A DNA stretch of 18,004 bases from Candidatus Krumholzibacteriia bacterium (GCA_036351155.1 JAZBOO010000391.1:1-18004); one strand, 5' to 3'. Positions 1-6,234 are shown, counted from the first letter of the stretch. Numbers and translations: made by a program. The notes: generated by a model not told the origin, from the sequence alone.

Positions 1-2495
1 CGGCACGCTTCGGCCACCGTCTGGCCCTGACCCAGGGCGGCATAAAAATCGGTCATGAAAAGGGCGGCGGTGCGGTCATCGACGGGCCACAGTGTGGCCA
101 GCACCGATCTGGCTCCGGCGGCCAGAAAGCCCGTTGTCATGCCCTGCAAGCCTTCCCCATAAAGAATGCCGGTGCCCGCGGTGCGACAGCTGGACAGGAC
201 CACCAGGGCCGCCGGCAAATTCTGGCGGGCCACCTGTTCCGCGCGCAGACGGCCTTCGGTACCCGTGCCCAGAAGCAGAGCCGTGTTCCAGGGTTGCTGG
301 CCATCGACCTCGGTGTGGGCCGCCAGGTGCAGAATACCGCCGGGCGGCAAGGCCTTTTCCAGAGTGGCCAGCCGCGCCGTATCCAGCACGCCCACCTGGG
401 TGAAGTGCCGGTCCAGCCAGGCCGTTTCGAACAATGATCCGTACCACGGCATTCCGGGATCGGGTGCAGGACCGGCCATGGCCAGAATGCCCGCGCCGGA
501 GCCGCTCTCTTCGGTCTGATTCTCATTCCGAAGGAAACAGGCGGCAGGCGTCCTGGTCACCAGGACATCGACCCGCAAACCGGCCGATCCCCGCCACAAC
601 GCCAGCGGCATTTCGTGCCAGAACCCATCCGGGCACCAGGTCAGCTGCGTGCAATTCTCCAGAACAGGCACAAATGCCGCCGGGACCTGCCAGCAACGGA
701 CCGCTTTCTCCCGGATGACCGCCGGATTCAGAACCACAGGGGTCTTCAGCGCGTCCAGGATCTGGCGCAAGCCCTCCTGAGATCGGCCGTTGTCCGTGAT
801 CGTGGCAGCCAGCAGAGTGTCCCGGGTCACCAGATAGAATCGCGAATGGCGAGGTCCCACGAAGACATCCAGCAGTGCCTGGTCCGGAGCCAGGAGCTGC
901 CCTTGCAACCTGGCCAGGGTCAGGGGCGGAAAGCTTTCGAGGCGGCTCTTGCCGGGTCCGGACATGCGCTCCAGGAGGGTCCGGGCCTTGTAACGCTGCA
1001 GCAGGTTGAAGCCTGCGGAGTCGGTGGCCGCCAGGGTCAATCCCAGGCCAAACAGCTGGCGTGCCCCGGCGCTGCGCTGCTCTCGCCACCGGAAATCGGC
1101 GGGGATGGCCCGGTCGATCTCCCACCGGGCCAGCCCCTGGGCCACCATCTCGTCAGCTTCGAACAGGCGGTTCAGGTGATACAAGGCCCGGCCCCGAACC
1201 GAAAGCAGAGGCACCAGAAACTGATCTGCCTCCGCCTCCTGAGCCAGAGCGAGACCTCGATCCACCCAGGCCAGGGACCGGTCAGCCTGGCCCAGGTCCA
1301 ATGCATATTCCGCAGCCTGGAGCAAGACCTGCAATTGCAAGGAGTGGGCCACCGGCAGGGTCACCAAGTCCGGTTCCAGAACAGCCAGGGCCTCCGCAAA
1401 TCCCTCCTGCCTGGCCCAGGAGGCCGCCCATCTCAAGCGCAGCTCGGTGGGGTTCATGGCCGAGGGGAAAGTGGGCCGCAGCAACGCCTCCCGACACAGC
1501 TGGCCTGCAGCACGCGGCCGGCCCTGGGCCATCCGCAAATCGGCCAGATTGCCAACCGCCAGCAACACCAGATCCTCCAGACCATCTCGCTCGGCCTGGG
1601 TCTGCACCACTGTCAGCAACGACTCGGCCGTGGCGTACCAGCCTTGCTGAACCCGCTCCCGGGCAATGTCCAGCAAGGGCAGCAGACCTTCGCGATGGTG
1701 CTGATGATCCTGATGAATACGCGCGGCCTCGGTCAGATGGGCGATGGCCACCTCGGGATCGGCGAACATGAGCTCCAGCCGCCCCAGGTAGTTCAAGGCC
1801 ATGGCCTCGTTCAGGGGATCGCCCTGTGCGCGCGCCAGCTGCAGCGAGCGCCGGAAGCATTTCATGGCCTCCTGGTAGGCCCCCTCTTGCCTCAGGGCCA
1901 GGCCCTGGCCGTTGTAGGCCCACAGAGCGCCCCGAGGAATCCCCTGCTGGTCCAGAAGCTCGGCCGCCACGCCGTAGCTCGCGATCGCCTGGGATGACCG
2001 CCCGGCCAGATAGTGATCGTAGGCCAGGCCCAGCTGCGCCCAGCCCAAATGGACCGAATCGCGATGCGCCGTGGCCAGGGTGTTCAGTTCCTGGTACAGA
2101 GCGGCGGCCTCGGCACTGCGCCCTTGACGCCCCACCGCCACCGCCAGCCAGCGTAATCCCTGGAGCAGGCTGGTGGAATCGTGGGCCGCGCGAGCAAGCT
2201 GGCATGCCTCCTCCAGGTTCGGCTCAGCCCTGGCGGCCATACCGAAAGCGGCCCGAGTGGTGCCGCCGGCCAGCAGGAACCGGCGCAGGAGATCCGGGTC
2301 TCCTATCCTGCGGATATTTTCGAGTTCGGCGATCATGAAGCTGTCGACCCGATCGGGCCGGCTCTGGTGATGCCAGGCGGCAAGGGAGTCCAGGGCAGCC
2401 TCATATCGGGGGTCGGACTGGGCAAGAGGACGGCCGGAAAAACACAGAACCATCGTCAGGAGTAATGGGAGAGCGTGCCGTATGGCCCCGGGCAA
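1..2495 (-). CDS. Exported TPR-repeat + CHAT (caspase HetF-associated, clan CD) peptidase, 3'-truncated by the window edge (>830 aa)
   Basis: Hand-translated open frame from TTG 2495 (alternative ATG 2453) to the left edge; missing from the ORF track because no stop lies in the window. Signal-like N-terminus (MPGAIRHALPLLLTMVLCFSGRPLA|QS). TPR-like helices (AYNGQGLALRQEGAYQEAMKCFRRSLQLA; ALNYLGRLE). CHAT motifs: FNLLQRYKARTLL, LTWCPDGFWHEMPL, ILHLAAHT (His codon 315-317), LVVLSSCRT (Cys codon 186-188), GEGLQGMTTGFLAAGARSVLATLWPVDD. Confidence 0.9.
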   Translation of the reverse strand, partial: MPGAIRHALPLLLTMVLCFSGRPLAQSDPRYEAALDSLAAWHHQSRPDRVDSFMIAELENIRRIGDPDLLRRFLLAGGTTRAAFGMAARAEPNLEEACQLARAAHDSTSLLQGLRWLAVAVGRQGRSAEAAALYQELNTLATAHRDSVHLGWAQLGLAYDHYLAGRSSQAIASYGVAAELLDQQGIPRGALWAYNGQGLALRQEGAYQEAMKCFRRSLQLARAQGDPLNEAMALNYLGRLELMFADPEVAIAHLTEAARIHQDHQHHREGLLPLLDIARERVQQGWYATAESLLTVVQTQAERDGLEDLVLLAVGNLADLRMAQGRPRAAGQLCREALLRPTFPSAMNPTELRLRWAASWARQEGFAEALAVLEPDLVTLPVAHSLQLQVLLQAAEYALDLGQADRSLAWVDRGLALAQEAEADQFLVPLLSVRGRALYHLNRLFEADEMVAQGLARWEIDRAIPADFRWREQRSAGARQLFGLGLTLAATDSAGFNLLQRYKARTLLERMSGPGKSRLESFPPLTLARLQGQLLAPDQALLDVFVGPRHSRFYLVTRDTLLAATITDNGRSQEGLRQILDALKTPVVLNPAVIREKAVRCWQVPAAFVPVLENCTQLTWCPDGFWHEMPLALWRGSAGLRVDVLVTRTPAACFLRNENQTEESGSGAGILAMAGPAPDPGMPWYGSLFETAWLDRHFTQVGVLDTARLATLEKALPPGGILHLAAHTEVDGQQPWNTALLLGTGTEGRLRAEQVARQNLPAALVVLSSCRTAGTGILYGEGLQGMTTGFLAAGARSVLATLWPVDDRTAALFMTDFYAALGQGQTVAEAC

Positions 2496-2498
2496 GAC

Positions 2499-3140
2499 CT
2501 AGTCCGATCCCAGTACGATGGGAAAAAGCGGGCCGCGAGAGATGGTGTCCCCCTGGGCAACGAACAGCACCTGAGCAAAGGCTGCGCGGTGGACCAGCGC
2601 AGGGCGGTTCACCAGCAGGGAGTCGGAAGAAGTGGTCAGGCGATCGACCTGGGCCAGGAATTCATCCCACACAATGACCACGACGGTGTCGGCCTGAGGG
2701 TTGGAGGGCCAGCGCAAGATCAACCGGTCTTCCCGATGGATTGCGGCGTACCCTTCCAGCTGGACATTGTCACCCCGCACCACTGCGCTGGGCGGTGGCA
2801 AAGGCAGATCAGACTGAATGCCGATGGGCGACCAGTACACCAGACCCACACCCACGACCAGCACCGCCGCCAGGGCATACCAGAATTGAGGGTTGGATCT
2901 CCGTGGCGCGGGTGTGACCTCCGCCTTCCCCAGGGCCAGATCCATGCGCCCGGCCAGTTCCCTGTCCGCGTCATCCAGATCAATAGCCTCGGTCGGAGTT
3001 TCCGCATCGAGGAACGCCTCATGGGAGGCCACCAGAGCCCGACAGTCGGAGCAGTTCTCCACATGGCTCCAGAAGGGGTCATGCGCCGGTCGATTCACCA
3101 TCTCGGCAAACCGGTCGAGGTACAGGCATTTTTCCATCAT
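2499..3140 (-). CDS. Membrane-anchored zinc-binding anti-sigma factor (ZAS/zf-HC2 type), 213 aa
   Basis: ATG overlaps the sigma-factor stop (ATGA at 3140-3137). Contains HxxxCxxC (HVENCSDC), one TM helix (FWYALAAVLVVGVGLVYW) and a beta-rich extracytoplasmic C-terminal domain. The track start at 3296 lies inside the sigma gene. Confidence 0.85.
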   Translation of the reverse strand: MMEKCLYLDRFAEMVNRPAHDPFWSHVENCSDCRALVASHEAFLDAETPTEAIDLDDADRELAGRMDLALGKAEVTPAPRRSNPQFWYALAAVLVVGVGLVYWSPIGIQSDLPLPPPSAVVRGDNVQLEGYAAIHREDRLILRWPSNPQADTVVVIVWDEFLAQVDRLTTSSDSLLVNRPALVHRAAFAQVLFVAQGDTISRGPLFPIVLGSD

Positions 3141-3760
3141 GACTTGCCATCCTCTCCGTTGCCGCCCTTTTCTTGCAGGGCCCTGCGCAACTTGCGGCGT
3201 GCTCTCTGCAAAACCGTGCGTGCTCCCCCGGCTTCTTCCAGGTGCAGCTGATGGGTGATGACCTCCACCGGCAACCCCTCGAAGCAACGCATCCACAGAG
3301 CGTCTTTCTCCACCCGATCGAGGGAACGATTCACCACCTCGAGCCAGCGCTCCTTGACCCGTGCCTCTTCCAGGTGGACCTCCGGCCCGTCGGCCGGATC
3401 GGCGATCAACTCCAGCACCGCATCGCCGGCCAGGGGCACCTTCCGCTTGCGCAGCTCACTCAAGCAACGGTTGCGCGTGATGATGAACAGCCAGGCGCTG
3501 AACTTCTCCTGTTCGCGATAACGGTCCAGCTTGCTGAACGCGTTCAACAACACCTCCTGCGCCAGGTCCAGGGCGGTTTCCCGGTCGTCCACGTACCGGG
3601 CGCACCAAGACAACACCAGCCGCCGGTATCGATCCAGCAAATGGGACACCGCCTGCCGGCCCGCGGACCCTTCCTGGTCAGAGATATAGACCGCGACCAG
3701 GTGGGCGTCTGACGCATCCGGCGGGTGAAAATTCCTGGTGGCCTCTTCCTGAGGAGACAT
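3137..3760 (-). CDS. ECF-family RNA polymerase sigma factor, 207 aa
   Basis: Region 2 (ALDLAQEVLLNAFSKL...FSAWLFIITRNRCLSELRK) and region 4 (DALWMRCFEGLPVEVITHQL...RTVLQRARRKLR); no region 3. SD-like GAAGGGG upstream of the ATG. Confidence 0.93.
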   Translation of the reverse strand: MSPQEEATRNFHPPDASDAHLVAVYISDQEGSAGRQAVSHLLDRYRRLVLSWCARYVDDRETALDLAQEVLLNAFSKLDRYREQEKFSAWLFIITRNRCLSELRKRKVPLAGDAVLELIADPADGPEVHLEEARVKERWLEVVNRSLDRVEKDALWMRCFEGLPVEVITHQLHLEEAGGARTVLQRARRKLRRALQEKGGNGEDGKS

Positions 3761-3858
3761 AACGCCCCTTCGGAACGAAAATCACACAGACACCATCGTC
3801 TTTTTTGAAAAAGGGCAGTCACATCATATCACCGGGGGGCGTGAGGTTCAATCGCGGT

Positions 3859-3929
3859 GCGCATCAACGGGTTCAGGTCGACTTCGCCAGTTCTCGATAA
3901 TCCCCTGGCACCGAACATTTGTGTTATGC
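3859..3929 (+). other. Degenerate attC-like integron recombination site
   Basis: GCATC-AACGG-GTTCAGGT-CGAC...GCCAG/CTGGC stem...ACCGAAC-ATTTGT-GTTATGC. The L''/L' boxes pair with one bulge, the L'-R' spacer is 6 nt and R' is GTTATGC. The R'' AAC is damaged (ATC). Confidence 0.4.
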
Positions 3930-3942
3930 TGAACATTCTAAA

Positions 3943-4133
3943 CCCCATCTTTGCAGAAACCCGTTGAGGCGAAAGTTGTCAGGGTGCGCCAGCAGTGGAA
4001 AAAGTCGGGATTTGCAGGGCCGTGGTGTATCCGTAGATACATGAGGTCCTGCAAATCCCGACTTTTTTCGCTGATGGGGTGCCATGGCAACAAATTCAGT
4101 GGTTTCGGCCAACGGGTTTTTGCAATGATGGGG
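3943..4133. mobile_element. 191-bp MITE-like palindromic element with 24-bp terminal inverted repeats and flanking TAAA direct repeats
   Basis: TIR CCCCATCTTTGCAGAAACCCGTTG (3943-3966) matches CAACGGGTTTTTGCAATGATGGGG (4110-4133) at 22/24 Watson-Crick pairs. Perfect internal 20-bp IR (3999-4018/4048-4067). TAAA at 3939-3942 and 4134-4137. A partial second copy starts at 5551. Confidence 0.7.
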
Positions 4134-4159
4134 TAAACTTGGGGAAAGGAGGGTCTCCC

Positions 4160-4822
4160 ATGAAAAATCGGTGTTACCTGCCCATTCTGGTCGGACTGAT
4201 CCTGTGTGTTCCGGCGGCTCACGCCTGGGACGGGGTGCAGGTTCTCGAAGCGACCGGATTCATCCGCGAACATATTTACGGCGCACCCAGCCCCGTTCCC
4301 GGCTGGTGTTACTGGGAACAAGACGAACCTGTCACCAGCTTCCACGCCACCAATGAAGACGGCCACGGCAACATGGAGTGCCCCCACTACTTTCTGGCCC
4401 ACTGCGATGACGACAGCATGATTTTTTACGGGTCGTGGCCCTTGAACGATCACATCTACACCATCGGCGCCAGCTACGAGGCTCAGCTGGTCTGTACTGT
4501 CCTGTTGACCAGCAACAGCTGGTTGATGGCTCAGCGTGAAAATGAATGGGGCACTCTGACCTCGGATCTCAAGACCGTGACCCTGCAGCACCCTTCCGGA
4601 GCCAGCGAGGAGATCCTGGCTGAGGTTGGCCCCGACACCCTGCAGGTCATGCTCACGCCAGGGACCTATACGGTGAGCATCCAGGTAAACCTGTCGCAAT
4701 CGGCGCCATACCCCAACCCGGTCCTTCCCTTTTCCGGGTGGGTAGGTGTGACCTGGGAAGACCCTGCGCCGGTCGCCACCGAGCCTGTGACCATGGGGGC
4801 GGTGAAGGCGTTATTTCGGTAG
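4160..4822 (+). CDS. Secreted hypothetical protein with C-terminal putative sorting tail, 220 aa
   Basis: SD AAGGAGG before ATG 4160. Sec signal MKNRCYLPILVGLILCVPAAHA|W, beta-rich body, ends PVATEPVTMGAVKALFR*. Confidence 0.85.
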   Translation: MKNRCYLPILVGLILCVPAAHAWDGVQVLEATGFIREHIYGAPSPVPGWCYWEQDEPVTSFHATNEDGHGNMECPHYFLAHCDDDSMIFYGSWPLNDHIYTIGASYEAQLVCTVLLTSNSWLMAQRENEWGTLTSDLKTVTLQHPSGASEEILAEVGPDTLQVMLTPGTYTVSIQVNLSQSAPYPNPVLPFSGWVGVTWEDPAPVATEPVTMGAVKALFR

Positions 4823-4834
4823 GACCAGGGAAAC

Positions 4835-4867
4835 CTTGTTTTACAAGGACGGGACCTGTAAAACAAG
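4835..4867. repeat. 11-bp inverted repeat downstream of the 4160 gene (possible terminator), overlapping the attC R'' box
   Basis: CTTGTTTTACA (4835-4845) / TGTAAAACAAG (4857-4867), perfect; no clear U-tract follows. Confidence 0.5.
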
Positions 4868-4925
4868 TGCTTGCACCTGACAAGCGCATCAGTCACGCAG
4901 CTTGCAGGTGAAACCAGCGTTAGAA
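4858..4925 (+). other. attC-like integron cassette recombination site (68 bp)
   Basis: R'' GTAAAAC, 5-nt spacer AAGTG, L'' CTTGCACC, TGACAAGC...GCTTGCA, L' GGTGAAA, 5-nt spacer CCAGC, R' GTTAGAA. Two extrahelical bases (G in CTTGCAC, A in CTGAC) sit at the canonical attC positions. SD and start codon of the next gene follow within 20 nt. Confidence 0.7.
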
Positions 4926-4942
4926 GTATTTTGGAGGGAATA

Positions 4943-5575
4943 TTGGGCCTCATCAAATTGGTCTTCATCAAATGGGGCCTCTTCGCACTGGCTCTTTGCT
5001 TTTGCAGCACTGCGTACGGGCAAACCATTGAGGTTGGCTTTGACCTGAACACCCCCGCCTGGTCTTCTGAAGATTCAGGGTCTTCTCATGGCCTGGACTA
5101 CTCCAAGGACATCGGCGGGTTTATAGGGGTTCTGTCATCTCATTTTGGGCCCGAGTCCAACAGGTTTCACTGGGGGCTTTTTGCAGGGTTCCAATCATTG
5201 ACCGTGGAGCCAAATGCTCTCGGCTATGGTAAACAAAAGGTAACGGCCAAGTCACTGCAGCTAGTATTTGAAGGGGTTGCTTTTCGGATTGGTCGCACAT
5301 ATGTGGCCGGGGGAATGGGTGCTGGGTTTCTTTCGGTAACCGAGCTGGAGAACAGCGAGCCTGCGGATACCTTCCAGCTTCCAGGTCTGGTTCCCAGCTT
5401 TCAGGCCACAATCCATGGGAAGTTCGGGATTCAACTGTCCAAAAGGGCCGGGTTGGTGATTGGTGTAAGGTCCAGAATGGCTGACCGCGGCAAGGATAAT
5501 ACTTATCCGTTCCAGCGCGGTCCTGTGGTGTCGGTTGGTCTAAGGATAAACCCCATCTTTGCAGAAACCCGTTGA
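4943..5575 (+). CDS. Putative 8-stranded outer-membrane beta-barrel protein (cassette-like gene), 210 aa
   Basis: SD GGAGG (4933-4937) then TTG 4943. Signal peptide ends ...CSTAYG|Q. About eight amphipathic strands (FHWGLFAGFQ, TYVAGGMGAGFL, AGLVIGVRSR, VVSVGLRI). Lower GC (hand count 29/60 for 5221-5280 vs 39/60 for 7021-7080). Last residues and stop lie inside the MITE remnant. Confidence 0.75.
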   Translation: MGLIKLVFIKWGLFALALCFCSTAYGQTIEVGFDLNTPAWSSEDSGSSHGLDYSKDIGGFIGVLSSHFGPESNRFHWGLFAGFQSLTVEPNALGYGKQKVTAKSLQLVFEGVAFRIGRTYVAGGMGAGFLSVTELENSEPADTFQLPGLVPSFQATIHGKFGIQLSKRAGLVIGVRSRMADRGKDNTYPFQRGPVVSVGLRINPIFAETR

Positions 5576-5599
5576 GGCGAACGGGTTTTTTTCAATGAT
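5551..5599. mobile_element. Internally deleted second copy of the 3943-4133 element, forming a terminator-like hairpin
   Basis: 5547-5581 is identical over 35 nt to 3939-3973 (including TAAA). It is joined directly to a near copy of the right TIR (CGGGTTTTTTTCAATGAT) that lacks the terminal GGGG. Confidence 0.7.
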
Positions 5600-5800
5600 C
5601 CGCCTCTCAACGACGAGCCCTCGGGCTTATCCGACCTGGCCGTTGAAATCGAAGATTTTCTGCAAACGAACCCAGGCACATCGTGGAGGGGAGTTCAGTT
5701 TGCCGGGAATGAGGTTCGGCTGGTTGAACGAGGGAGCCAAGTAGAATTGATGGACGCGCTGCAGGTGGTGGGGCGCCCAAAAAATTTGGACAACAAATGA
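5597..5800 (+). pseudogene. 5'-truncated gene remnant of unknown function
   Basis: Protein-like open frame (DPPLNDEPSGLSDLAVEIEDFLQTNPG...VGRPKNLDNK*) begins at the broken right end of the MITE remnant, with no start codon or SD at its 5' end. Confidence 0.4.
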
Positions 5801-5933
5801 TCATACCATTGCCTGTTCCTGTTTGAGGAAAACTGGTTGACGGATAAATGGGGTCCACCAACGATCCACGACGGCCCCACAAGAAAAGCGCGCGGTTTTA
5901 CAGAACTTCAGATTCAAAAATCTTATCGGCACC

Positions 5934-6191
5934 TTGCTTTTGCCCCTGCTGGTCCTTGCCGGTTGCGCAGGTCCCCATCTGGCGGTCCTCGAAGTTTCCC
6001 GTGATCACATCGTGCTGGGTCGGGCCAGCAACTATGGATTCATTTCCACCAGTATTCCGGCCGAGGATATCGTGTCCATCCAGCTAGATGGTGGAGACAA
6101 GCCAAGGGATGCCGCCCTGGCGGTTTTCGCCGTGGCCATTGCCACGGCGGCCCTGTTCTTTATCAGCATGGGGAACTGGAATTTGAACTAG
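5934..6191 (+). CDS. Small putative lipoprotein with C-terminal TM helix (start uncertain, possibly degraded)
   Basis: Lipobox LAGC and C-terminal hydrophobic helix AALAVFAVAIATAALFFISM. The signal-like sequence extends upstream in frame (LQNFRFKNLIGTLLLPLLVLAGC) without an ATG before the TGA at 5838. Confidence 0.55.
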   Translation: MLLPLLVLAGCAGPHLAVLEVSRDHIVLGRASNYGFISTSIPAEDIVSIQLDGGDKPRDAALAVFAVAIATAALFFISMGNWNLN

Positions 6192-6234
6192 CCCCATCCA
6201 TCCCCCAGGTTTCCAACCGGTTGGAAAAATTTCT

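Noticed and set aside
615..1997. 460-aa plus-strand ORF, and other long antisense ORFs such as 11149-13440, 12810-14303, 9178-10104 and 15432-16382
   Set aside because: These are shadows of well-supported genes on the opposite strand or in other frames, expected in high-GC DNA, and have no recognisable motifs.
2120..2140. Possible frameshift in the CHAT gene at the C-run
   Set aside because: Recounting gives four C's (2130-2133); the frame is continuous (VAVGRQGRSAEA).
2493..2501. Anti-sigma and CHAT genes are in the same frame, separated by one TAG (readthrough or split fusion?)
   Set aside because: One-in-three chance, and the CHAT frame has its own start and signal peptide right after the stop.
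1..3760. Type III-E CRISPR Craspase locus (TPR-CHAT plus sigma factor)
   Set aside because: No cas genes or repeat-spacer array in the window. The CHAT protein has a signal peptide and its partner is a ZAS membrane anti-sigma, not Csx30/Csx31.
3943..4133. 6S RNA or another housekeeping ncRNA
   Set aside because: The length fits, but the stems are too perfect, there is no two-sided central bubble, and it has flanking TAAA repeats and a second copy. An Rfam scan would settle it.
5573..5800. Selenocysteine or readthrough at TGA 5573, since the downstream remnant is in the same frame
   Set aside because: The TGA lies inside the repeat-derived hairpin rather than upstream of a SECIS-like stem, and there is no redox-motif context.
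6192..6198. CCCCATC after the lipoprotein stop as a third MITE end
   Set aside because: Only 7 nt match, it is not preceded by TAAA, and no partner TIR is present.
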